DNA from: a virus
Virus record (IMG/VR): IMGVR_UViG_3300044450_000310
Direction: 5' to 3' (one strand)
DNA: 64,000 nucleotides
The notes below the pieces were generated by a model. That model was not told the origin of the DNA. It made no database searches and was given only the letters and a program-made list of their open reading frames with translations. This document shows, in pieces, positions 1 to 9,700 of the stretch; position 1 is the first letter of the stretch, and every line of letters begins with the position of its first letter. Position numbers and translations under genes: made by a program.

Positions 1-25
1 TAGCAATCTATAGTCAAATGGCTGA

Positions 26-250
26 CTAAGAAACTTCTCCTATTGCAATCGGAGTTGCATTTTCAAGGACAACACACATATTGTTGACCTCTTTTCTAGG
101 TTGCTGATTCAAATAATCCAGCAGAACCGTTCTTAATTCAGGAGTAATCGCATAGTGTGTAGCGGTAACATTCTGCGCACTTTGCTCTGCAAGTTTATCA
201 GAAACAGTTTTCTTTTCAACTTGCTCTTCAGTCGGCTTTTCTACATCCAT
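26..250 (-). CDS. Hypothetical protein, 74 aa
   Basis: ORF track; start preceded by a copy of the ATACAAACACAC motif. Confidence 0.7.
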   Translation of the reverse strand: MDVEKPTEEQVEKKTVSDKLAEQSAQNVTATHYAITPELRTVLLDYLNQQPRKEVNNMCVVLENATPIAIGEVS

Positions 251-258
251 AGTAATAA

Positions 259-270
259 GTGTGTTTGTAT
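259..270 (-). repeat. ATACAAACACAC motif copy 1 (12-mer core)
   Basis: GTGTGTTTGTAT on + strand, 8 nt upstream of ATG at 250. Confidence 0.9.
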
Positions 271-299
271 TCGATTTAGAGACGGAAATGTACTAATCT

Positions 300-716
300 C
301 TAAGCAAATACCCTAGCTGGCGTAAGTGGAGCTTCAAGAATTTCAACACCATCAACCAGTGTTAATTCATTCAGCTCATCCTCGAGTTCACCAGCTCTAT
401 TATCATACTCTACAGGGAATCCTTTTTTCTTTGTATCAATGAGACGAACATTCAAATGCACTTCATCGGTTAATACCGGTGCTGTTATCTCATTTCCATC
501 TGAATCATAAGTTCCAGGAGTTGCTACTAATTGACCTACAAAGTCTATGGCAAAGCCTTTTCCAGCTTGCGCAAAATCATCATCAACAATGAAGCCCTCG
601 ATCGGTCGTAACGACTCGATCAGATCTTCTTTGGAGTTTCCTACTAAATATTTATCAATTATGTTTGGTTGAGTTTTCATGGTTCGAGTCCTTTTGTTAT
701 CATTAATTGCATTCAA
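300..716 (-). CDS. Hypothetical phage protein, probably virion-associated
   Basis: ORF track; ITAPVL..VHLNVRL segment resembles small ORFs that accompany lectin-like tail genes (recollection); start could be 680. Confidence 0.6.
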   Translation of the reverse strand: MNAINDNKRTRTMKTQPNIIDKYLVGNSKEDLIESLRPIEGFIVDDDFAQAGKGFAIDFVGQLVATPGTYDSDGNEITAPVLTDEVHLNVRLIDTKKKGFPVEYDNRAGELEDELNELTLVDGVEILEAPLTPARVFA

Positions 717-748
717 TAGTTAGCACTTCCTGAATGCGTTTTAGGTCA

Positions 749-773
749 AATGGCTCCTTCGGGAGCCGTTTTT
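749..773. terminator. Hairpin ATGGCTCC-TTCG-GGAGCCGT followed by T-tract on + strand
   Basis: 8-bp stem, UUCG loop, directly at the stop of 772..2160. Confidence 0.65.
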
Positions 774-2160
774 ATAATGGCACTATTCTCTTTTCAATAA
801 ATCCTCTCTCGCCTCTCTCGCACACTGCAAATCCACTCATTGAGCTCCACCCATTATCAAGTGCATAATCATTAGGAACCACTACTGATGGAATACCAAA
901 GCTGGTGTAGCGAATGGAGTCATCATGTACTTGCTCTTGATGATTGTGTGCATTCACCATCACATTGAATAAACGCTGATCCCCATATTCCATAATGAGT
1001 TTAGATGGAAGCATTTTAGTGATGCGCTTATCACCATGAGTGAAGATGTACTTCACTTTATCGATAGTTGGATTTAATACCCGGTGATGAAAGTGAATCT
1101 TTAGATTTGTGAAGTTGGTGAAAGTGCCAGCAATTAGCTGCGCAACTTGGCCTCTAGAGTCCTGTTCTTTTTTGTCTGTGATTCGATCATGATTACCACC
1201 GATGAAGAATACATCTACTAATCGGTCTATCGCATAAAAGAATTTCTTGAGTGTTTCAGTTGTGCTTAATACCAACTCCGCACCATGAGATTCAATCTGC
1301 TTCCATGTGTTAGGCTTATTATTACCAGTGAATGACTCAATAAAATCACCAAGGAATACAATGCGCACTGGTCGACCAGGATATTTACGATTCACATAAT
1401 CTGCGATGTACATCAACCTAGCTTCACACTCCTTCATGTTGTAATCAGGAACAAAACCTTCTCCTTCAATAAGAGCTCCGTTGTGTAGATCTCCTATTAT
1501 TACAACCACATCTTTACCCGATTTAACGGTTTTAAACTTGGCTTTCTTAACGTCTTTGTTCCATTCTTCAAACCATTTCTGATAGTATTCAGGATCAGGC
1601 TTCTCAAAATGCTTCCTAACAACTTGAGCCCTGACTTGGAAGAGCTGAACAATACCTACACTTCCATCGGGTTTTTTAAAGAATCCTTCCCAAGAGTTCT
1701 CACGGTATGAATCAATACCCCAAATATCAGTATCAATTTCCCCAGTCTCTATTAACTGGTCGAGCGTTTTGATTCTCAGACTTTCACTTGCTACTTCAAA
1801 ACCACGTTTACCATTTATCTTTTCGAGTTTATCTCCTTTATATATGCCTCTATTAGTTTCATCGTTGGCATACTTAATTTCACCGCTTTTAGGATTATCA
1901 CCGCCTCTTTTTGGTACTGGTGGCGTTCCTACTGGTGTAAATGGAATATTCTTTGCTTTTGCTATTGCACGTATTAATCGAAGAGTTTTTTCACTCTTTA
2001 GTGTACTAATGTGAATTAACCCGGCTAATTTCTTTCGACCTATATAATGTGGCTCTCCATAGTTCCTCAGAATATCAGGGATATAATGTAGTATCTCATC
2101 AGTGCCAGCAAGATCAACAACCTCTTGAAACACCTGTTGATACTCTTCAGGGTAACTCAT
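772..2160 (-). CDS. Calcineurin-like metallophosphoesterase with long N-terminal extension
   Basis: Motifs GDLH, LGDFIE, GGNHD, THGD, AHNH in the expected order. Confidence 0.85.
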   Translation of the reverse strand: MSYPEEYQQVFQEVVDLAGTDEILHYIPDILRNYGEPHYIGRKKLAGLIHISTLKSEKTLRLIRAIAKAKNIPFTPVGTPPVPKRGGDNPKSGEIKYANDETNRGIYKGDKLEKINGKRGFEVASESLRIKTLDQLIETGEIDTDIWGIDSYRENSWEGFFKKPDGSVGIVQLFQVRAQVVRKHFEKPDPEYYQKWFEEWNKDVKKAKFKTVKSGKDVVVIIGDLHNGALIEGEGFVPDYNMKECEARLMYIADYVNRKYPGRPVRIVFLGDFIESFTGNNKPNTWKQIESHGAELVLSTTETLKKFFYAIDRLVDVFFIGGNHDRITDKKEQDSRGQVAQLIAGTFTNFTNLKIHFHHRVLNPTIDKVKYIFTHGDKRITKMLPSKLIMEYGDQRLFNVMVNAHNHQEQVHDDSIRYTSFGIPSVVVPNDYALDNGWSSMSGFAVCERGERGFIEKRIVPL

Positions 2161-2164
2161 CTTT

Positions 2165-4111
2165 TTATAGAGATAGGGTTTTTGTTAGAAGCTGAATCGT
2201 AGCATCGTCATACGCTTTCGGGTAGTAGACTATTCTCTTAATCCTACCTTGTAGTTGAGCCGTATCACCCGCATGACCTATATGAAGTCGGTTAAATCGG
2301 GAAGTAAACTCAGTTGCTTGAACAACCGTCTGAATATCACCGCCATTTACTGAATATCGAACAGTATCTTCATCAGGCATAATGGCAAATGCCATTTTGA
2401 AAAAACTATCAATTGTAGCGTTAGTTATCTCTTTAAATGAATTAACATCCCCTTTCTCAAAGTAAATCTGAATATTTGGATCACTTGCGCCACGTCTTTG
2501 AATCTGAAGCCTATTTGTTGCATCATCACCTTGTAAGTACAAGTATCTTTGAAAGAGTGAACCCGCACCTAGATCATTGTTTTCAGCTTCGATTACAAAG
2601 GTTCCTTCTGACTGGTTATAGAAATCACTGAAAGCACTACCATCAATTGAAGCTGTGTCTTTTACTCTCGTAGCGGTAGCCATAGCATATACATCGACTG
2701 AACGGGTTACAGTTGATCCTGAAGTTGGAATGTAGGATGTTCGGTACGCACCTAATTCACACTGGAATCCAGCCACAAAGAAATCGGCTCCCTGTGTGCC
2801 ATCAGAAACATTACTATTATCACACTGACCAAGCCTAAACTCAAAAGATGTGTCTAAAGCTGTGAAAACAAGTTCGAACAGAAATATACCAGCGCCTACC
2901 TCAGTGACACGAACATCATCAAAAAATCCGCTAGTAAGTATTCCCGATGCGACTTTGTCTGTAAAATTAAACTTGCCACTATTTGAACCCTCACACCTTA
3001 AGCCTATACATTCCGAAGTTCCCGCTTCCGCATAAAAGCTAATGCAATACTGGCTAGACGCTACTACTGGGATATATTCTCTTAAATAGTTTAATCCTGA
3101 ACCAGATATTCCCCCAGTTCCAGTATTCGTAACTCGAACCCTTGTAATGCCTAGTAAGGTTCCGCTATTGCTCCATGAAACATTAGCATCTTGCCACGAT
3201 GTAAGATTTTCTGAATTTTCAAATAAGTTTGTAGCACTTTCTTCCAAGAGCAAACCAGCCGAAACCCATTGACCATTGTGTCTTTTGTATTGTTCTGTTA
3301 CCTCTTCATAAACTGAGGCAAGCTGATGATCTCCGTTTGAATCTTGGTAATACTTTGTTGATGCACGTGAAGTGAAGGTTGGGATTGTAGGGATGTAGCT
3401 TGTTGGAAAATCACCTTGTTCAAGCTGTGCGCCCCAAACATAAATACCCGAAACTCCATCACCACTATAAGAAAAAGAAGAGCCATTATGAGTACATACC
3501 CTAACAGTAGATGTAGTTGAACCACTTGCTGAAGTAGTAAATACAGCCCAACATCTATACCAACCATCACGCACAGGCTCAATACCCACTGCATCGGCAC
3601 TAGAATTAGTAGCAGTACCAGTTGTTAAATCAAACCAAGCTAATGAGATAAATGAACCGTCTTTATCTTGTAATCTTAGTCCCGCATTTCTTCCACCCTC
3701 TTTAAAATAGCACGATAATACATAAGTAGTAGAGTTTGATAAGGTAACAGCTTCTTGAGCTTGATGAATATTACTAGCTGTATTTTCAATAAGCTTTGAA
3801 GCATTAATTTTGCCATTAGGCGCTGTTACTACGTTAGGTATCCAGCTAGATTGTGAAGCAGTCCATTCTAAATTAAAAAGCTCACTAGCCCGTACTAAAT
3901 TCGTCCGTTGCTCTTCTATCAACAACCCTAGAAGCTCACCTGTAACCGGATCATAATCTAATCTTGGAATGTTATTACCAACCGTCTCGATAAATCCATC
4001 GGCATTAACAACAGTCGCTTCAGAGGCTCTATCAAACAGAATCTTAGAATCATCGAACTCATTTCGATCAAAGAGAAGTGCAAGTTTTGAACGTACTGAT
4101 AATAGTCCCAT
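2165..4111 (-). CDS. Lectin-like virion fibre/spike protein (two CBM-like repeats plus LamG-like C-terminus)
   Basis: PRLDYDP.TGEL.GLLIEE.RTNL; two GxQxExG..xTSYIPT motifs; paralog of 4114..6042. Confidence 0.7.
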   Translation of the reverse strand: MGLLSVRSKLALLFDRNEFDDSKILFDRASEATVVNADGFIETVGNNIPRLDYDPVTGELLGLLIEEQRTNLVRASELFNLEWTASQSSWIPNVVTAPNGKINASKLIENTASNIHQAQEAVTLSNSTTYVLSCYFKEGGRNAGLRLQDKDGSFISLAWFDLTTGTATNSSADAVGIEPVRDGWYRCWAVFTTSASGSTTSTVRVCTHNGSSFSYSGDGVSGIYVWGAQLEQGDFPTSYIPTIPTFTSRASTKYYQDSNGDHQLASVYEEVTEQYKRHNGQWVSAGLLLEESATNLFENSENLTSWQDANVSWSNSGTLLGITRVRVTNTGTGGISGSGLNYLREYIPVVASSQYCISFYAEAGTSECIGLRCEGSNSGKFNFTDKVASGILTSGFFDDVRVTEVGAGIFLFELVFTALDTSFEFRLGQCDNSNVSDGTQGADFFVAGFQCELGAYRTSYIPTSGSTVTRSVDVYAMATATRVKDTASIDGSAFSDFYNQSEGTFVIEAENNDLGAGSLFQRYLYLQGDDATNRLQIQRRGASDPNIQIYFEKGDVNSFKEITNATIDSFFKMAFAIMPDEDTVRYSVNGGDIQTVVQATEFTSRFNRLHIGHAGDTAQLQGRIKRIVYYPKAYDDATIQLLTKTLSL

Positions 4112-4113
4112 GA

Positions 4114-6042
4114 TTAGGTAGTTAAATCGATTAGTAATTGATCAGCTAAAGCAACGGGGAAGTAGACGAGGCTTTTGAGAATACCATTAAACCAGTGATC
4201 GGTTGAATGATTGGAATAACCAATGAAAAGCCCATTCACAATAACAGTCTCACCATCCAAATCCTGTCCAAGCTTAACTCCATCAACGAACAAAGCGAAT
4301 CCGTTTTCCTTGAGCGTGATAGCTAGCTTTATATCTTGTCCGGGAGTAGCCGAAGAAAAGACAAGGTCACACTGGTCTACACCTTCTTTTGTTACTAACA
4401 ACTGGAAACTTCCAGTGTTATCAATGGTTAATAATATTCTATTAGCCGTTGATCCATCTTTGTTTAATTCAATTATTCGATGAATTTGACCTGAAATGTA
4501 TTGCTCGGCACGAACTGTTGCTAAAAACGTTCCTTCATCCTGATTATAAAAATCATCTAGGATGCTACCTGATATAAATGGAGTATCAGCACTTCTTGTA
4601 GCCGTTGCAGTAGTGTAGACATCGGCTGAACGAGTTACTGCGGAACCGGAAGTCTCAATGTATGATGTTGGATAATACCCTAGCTCAACTTGTGCGCCAT
4701 ACAAATAAATCCCTGAACTTCCATCACCGAGATAGGTAGGATCAGCGCCATCTACACAACCGATATGAAACTGGTTATCTCCAACATACGTTGACGTGAA
4801 TGCCATCCAAACCCTATACCAGCCATCCGTGTATTTCTCAAAACCGTACCCATTAAGATCAGTTGAAACAAGTGGTGTAATTGTTTCCGTATCAAACTCA
4901 AATCTAATAGAAGCCCCTTCATTACGATCTTCCAGTAGTCGAACATTGCGCCCATTAGATTTTACAAAAACACTTGCCACATAATCAGAAACCCCATCAA
5001 GTGCTACATTTCTTCGCATTCTATGAACAGAATTACCAGTGTTTTCAACTACTTGATCAGCCGTTAATACGCCATCAGGTGCATTCGCTACATTTGAAAC
5101 AAGACTACAACCTGACTGTCCCCAAGCACTGAAGCCAGCACTAAAAGTTTGCTCATTCGTTGCAGAAGCCTCCATTAATAAGCCAGTAGGAACATATTGC
5201 CCATCTATATAAACATGATGATTGTCACGAGCCTCATCGATTGAAGCGGTTTGAAGCACACCATTTGCATCGGTATATCGAGCAGTCGTAGCACGAGAAG
5301 TGAAGGTCGGGATTGTTGGGATGTAAGAGGTAGGAAAAGAGCCTTCTTCAAGTTGTGCGCCCCATAAATAAATACCTGAAACACCATCGCCAGCATACGT
5401 TTTATTGTGGCTGTTTGAATTAGTCGTTCTAAATTCCATCCTTGCGGATGTTGAATCGGCTGTAAATGCCATCCACACTCGAAAGATATTATCAGCAAGC
5501 TCTTCATACCCATAATCAACCAAACTACCCGCTTTATCTTCGGCAAAATCTTTTTGATTGGTTCTGAAAGCTATTGCCGCATTGTCATTCACATCTTCAC
5601 GAATAGCAATACCACGATTATTTACCCCTTTGAAGTAAACACTAACTGTATAGGTTAAGCCAATTGTAAGCCCCGATTGAACATCCTCAACACCATGTTC
5701 ATCGTTTGCAGTGTTTTCTTGTAGGTATCCGGCTGTTACTTCATTGCTTAATAAATTGAGTTTTCTCGGAATAAGAGTTGCTTGTGAAGTAACCCAAGCA
5801 TCCGTATTAAATTCACTATCAACTATTAAGTTCGTTCTACCCTCTTCAATCAGTAGTCCTTTTAGCTCTCCTGTAAATGGATCGTAATCTAGTCTAGGTA
5901 CATCGTTAGCAACCTCTTCAATCTTTTTGAATTTATTAAACCTCGTAGCTTTAGAGGCACGAGAAAAGGAAACTACATTCTTGGCAACATTGCCACGATT
6001 AGGTAGGAATTGAAGGGAAGACCGTACTGGTAGGGTAGACAT
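4114..6042 (-). CDS. Lectin-like virion fibre/spike protein, paralog of 2165..4111
   Basis: Same architecture; shared block GDGVSGIY.WGAQLE.G.FPTSYIPTIPTFTSRA. Confidence 0.7.
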   Translation of the reverse strand: MSTLPVRSSLQFLPNRGNVAKNVVSFSRASKATRFNKFKKIEEVANDVPRLDYDPFTGELKGLLIEEGRTNLIVDSEFNTDAWVTSQATLIPRKLNLLSNEVTAGYLQENTANDEHGVEDVQSGLTIGLTYTVSVYFKGVNNRGIAIREDVNDNAAIAFRTNQKDFAEDKAGSLVDYGYEELADNIFRVWMAFTADSTSARMEFRTTNSNSHNKTYAGDGVSGIYLWGAQLEEGSFPTSYIPTIPTFTSRATTARYTDANGVLQTASIDEARDNHHVYIDGQYVPTGLLMEASATNEQTFSAGFSAWGQSGCSLVSNVANAPDGVLTADQVVENTGNSVHRMRRNVALDGVSDYVASVFVKSNGRNVRLLEDRNEGASIRFEFDTETITPLVSTDLNGYGFEKYTDGWYRVWMAFTSTYVGDNQFHIGCVDGADPTYLGDGSSGIYLYGAQVELGYYPTSYIETSGSAVTRSADVYTTATATRSADTPFISGSILDDFYNQDEGTFLATVRAEQYISGQIHRIIELNKDGSTANRILLTIDNTGSFQLLVTKEGVDQCDLVFSSATPGQDIKLAITLKENGFALFVDGVKLGQDLDGETVIVNGLFIGYSNHSTDHWFNGILKSLVYFPVALADQLLIDLTT

Positions 6043-6051
6043 GACAAATTA

Positions 6052-6087
6052 GATTGAGTTTCCTCAACCTTCTTCGCCACAGGAACA
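6052..6087 (-). promoter_or_regulatory. Hairpin-containing element copy A (TGTTCCTGTGGCGAAGAA-GGTTGAG-GAAA-CTCAATC)
   Basis: Near-identical inverted copy at 19329..19369; 7-bp stem with GAAA loop about 10 nt upstream of ATG 6042. Confidence 0.45.
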
Positions 6088-6193
6088 CCTTAATTTAGCG
6101 ATTTATTGGCAGAAAAGTCAAAATGACTCGTCTTTGAACTTGTTCCTTATTCATTTTGTTTCGTAAACTTAGCCAAAATCAAATTACGCTGTC

Positions 6194-6739
6194 ATGAAGA
6201 GACTACTTTTCCTACTAATTCTAGTTACTACAAGTATCCAGGCACAAACTTTAGAGCTTTATTCAGGATACTCAACAATTCTAAATCCTACCGTTTTTTC
6301 GGATTCTTACTCTCCATCATTTACTATTGGCGGAAGTGCAACACTACCGATGCTTGGAAGAGTAAACGTTCAGCCATTTGCAGATTACTCTCATTACAAT
6401 GGTGACATTGACGGTTCTGATTTCTCATACATTATTAATGCTGGATTTAATATAAAGGCTGACATCCTAAAGACTCGGTTACGCCCTTATCTCCTATCTG
6501 GAATGTCTATCAGCTATCAATTCAATGATAATGCTCGATTAAATAAGCTTGGATTAAATATTGGATCAGAATATGACAATGTTCAATGGAGCCAGCGACT
6601 TCAGGCAGGATTAGGTATATCATTCGATATCAATGATACCTTCCACATATTTACCCAAGGCACTTATGGGTACACTCCTCAGACCGCAATCAACCTAGAA
6701 GAAGGATTTGTAGTTGCTGGTATTGGTTACTCTCTCTAA
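6194..6739 (+). CDS. Outer-membrane beta-barrel protein (OmpA/Lom/Ail-like moron)
   Basis: Signal peptide MKRLLFLLILVTTSIQA; alternating amphipathic strands; C-terminal GIGYSL resembling a beta-signal; opposite strand to all neighbours. Confidence 0.8.
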   Translation: MKRLLFLLILVTTSIQAQTLELYSGYSTILNPTVFSDSYSPSFTIGGSATLPMLGRVNVQPFADYSHYNGDIDGSDFSYIINAGFNIKADILKTRLRPYLLSGMSISYQFNDNARLNKLGLNIGSEYDNVQWSQRLQAGLGISFDINDTFHIFTQGTYGYTPQTAINLEEGFVVAGIGYSL

Positions 6740-9700
6740 GGAGAATAAGAAGCAAGCTCTGTAATTTGCTTGAGTTCTCCACCAATTACCCAATGTAGTA
6801 ATAGTCTGTAATCGCCTCCCGCATCCTTAGTTGGATCACTCCAAATAAGCACCGCTTTATTTGTAGCATCATTAGGATCTACCACAGCAATACTTTCAAA
6901 GGCTCGGATATTAGAGGCATCAAAAGAAGTTTTAGTGATATGGGCCTTTGGAAGAATTTCATGTGCGTGAAGACTGTAGAAATCCCAATTCGCAAAACCT
7001 GTATATCCATCAGTATATATTTGAACTCTAAACTCATCGAAGGCTGGATCGGTAAAAAATACAACTGGAACAGTGAAATCAATGTATTGCCAAGCACCGG
7101 AAAATGATTGAGAGGTGCAGGCATCCAGTGACTTAATAGTTCCCCAAGTACCACCTGTCTTTCTAACTTGAATAGTTATAGTTAAATCAGATGAACCCGC
7201 AGAATTGGTTTTCATATAGATTCGATCAATTTTTATGTATCGACCAAGCGGTAAATCAGAAGTTAGTAAACCGCTTTGTCCCCATTGTATTATTAAAGGA
7301 CTACCACCATTGGTATTTGGTAACCCATCATCAACAATAGTATCAAATTCGGCTGTTTCTTGAATGGTATAATCATTCAGTACACCGTCTTCATCAGAGA
7401 TTTTAACCGCTTCATAGTCGGTGCCATCTCTATCCTCATCTTTGATAATAATTCTAGGATTATCGCCACCATGAATTTCTAAATCACCACGAACAAGCTT
7501 TTCAGAACTATTAGTTACGCCTTGCGCACCTACTTCTAAGCCACCAATGTAGGCTCTTTTAACTGAAACAACTCCAATTTTATCAAATGCCCAACCTATA
7601 GTACCAGGGTTAGTCATGTTTCCTGAACCATTAATTGTACCATTCCAATTGTCAGACTTCATTTGATTGGCTGAAAACGTAAATCCGTCCATGTCTTGAG
7701 TAAGCTCAGAAGCCACATCACCTACACTAACTTTTGAAGTGATCGATGTAGCATTTGCCACAATAGATGCCTCGGCAGTTACTAATCGACTATCAATACC
7801 ATCTACTTCAGTTTGGGTAGCTCTTAACCCGATATCGGTTGCATTCTGAGTGATGGAAGTCTCAGCCGTAGTTACTCTTCCATCTATGTTGGAAATATTA
7901 GTAACATTCGTTGCAATGTTTGTGGCATTGATTGAAATCGCAGAAGTATTACCAGTAACAGTGCCAGTTAGAGTATCTACCTCCGCTTGCGTAGCTCTTA
8001 GAGTAATGTCAGTTGCATTCTGAATAATCGAAGTCTCAGCAGTTATCAATCTTGTACCTATATCCGATACATCTGAAACTATTAATGCAATGGAAGCACT
8101 ATTTACTGAAATCTCTGCACGATTTACCCGAATCCCTTCCTCACTACCTTGAGTGATGGTATCAATCTCAAAAGCCAGTAATTGAATATTCTCCGCAGTC
8201 TGAGTGATCGATGTTTCCGCAACAGCTAATCTCCCATCGATACTGCTGATATCGCTTACATTGGTGGTAATGCCAGTCGCATTTACAGCAATTGAAGCTG
8301 TATTTGTCGCAACATCCCCTGAGATCGTATCAACTTGAGACTGATTTGCTTTAAGAAGGATATCCGAAGCATTTTGAGCAATCTCGGTAGTATGATTTGC
8401 AACAGTGCCCGAAATAGTATCTACTTCAGATTGATTAGCTTTTAAGGCTATATTTCCAGCATTTAAAACAATGGATGCTTCAGCCGAAGTAACACGACCT
8501 TCTATAGTATCAACTTCAGTCTGATTTGCCTTTAGTGCAATTGCACCAGCATTTACTAAGATATCAGCTTCAGTAGTCGTAACTCTTCCAGTGAGTGTAT
8601 CTACATCAGATTGTGAAGCCTTGAGAGCTATATCAGTCGCATTCTGAATTATGTTAGTTTCAGCAGAGTCTACACGTCCAGTTAAAGTATCGACTTCTGA
8701 CTGCTCTACTTTCGTAGCAATCTGATTAGCCTGTACTATTAATGTTGCTTCATTGGTTGTTACTCGACTTTCAACAAGATCTACATCTGAAGTCAATGCA
8801 CGAAGAGCAATTTGCTGAGAATTAACCTCAATGGATGCTTGGTTTTCTAAAACCCGTTCTTCATTGCCTTGAGTCACAATATCTAACTCTAGCGCCAATA
8901 GAGTGATGGAGCTTTGAGTTTGATTAATTGAAGTCTCTGCTGTAGATACTCTACCTTCCAGGATATCATAATCTGTCTGATTTACTTTTAACAGAATATT
9001 TGAAGCATTCACCGCAATTAAAGCCTCGGCATCGGTAATTCGCTGAGTCTCAATATCTAAATCTGATTGATTCGCTTTCAGTGCAATTTGAGTAGCATTT
9101 GCCGTGATGGAAGTCTCTGCCGTGGTTAATCGAGTATCGAGAATATCGACCGAAGATTGTGTAGCTCTCAGTGCAATTTCACCAGCATTCACTACAATTG
9201 AAGCTTCAGCCGTTGATACTCTACCTTCGATAGTATCTACTTCTGTCTGTGAAGCTTTCAAAGCAATCTGACCAGCATTCACTACAATCGAAGCCTCCGC
9301 AGAGTCTACACGTCCAGTTAAAGTATCAACCTCAGTTTGTGAGGCTTTCAAAGCAATCTGACCAGCGTTTACTAAGATATCAGCCTCGGCGGTAGTTACT
9401 CTAGTGTTTGTAGAGTTCAAACTTAACTGAGAAGCTTTTAGTGCAATATCATTAGAATTAACCGTGATGGATGCTTCCGCAGAGTCTACCCTGCCTTCAA
9501 GGGTATCCAAATCAGTTTGTGAAGCCTTTAATACGATCTGACCAGCTAATTGAATAATCGAAGTTTCATTGGCAGTTATTCGACCTGTCTGAGTATCTAA
9601 ATCTTCTTGTGAGGCTTTTAAAGCAATAGAATTTGCATTCTGCGTGATGGATGTTTCCGCACTGGATACCCGAACTTCAACCGCATCAAATACCGTTTGT

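Noticed and set aside
2165-6042. Diversity-generating retroelement (TR/VR) acting on lectin-like genes
   Set aside because: The similar blocks differ at all base types, not just adenines, and no reverse transcriptase ORF is present in the window
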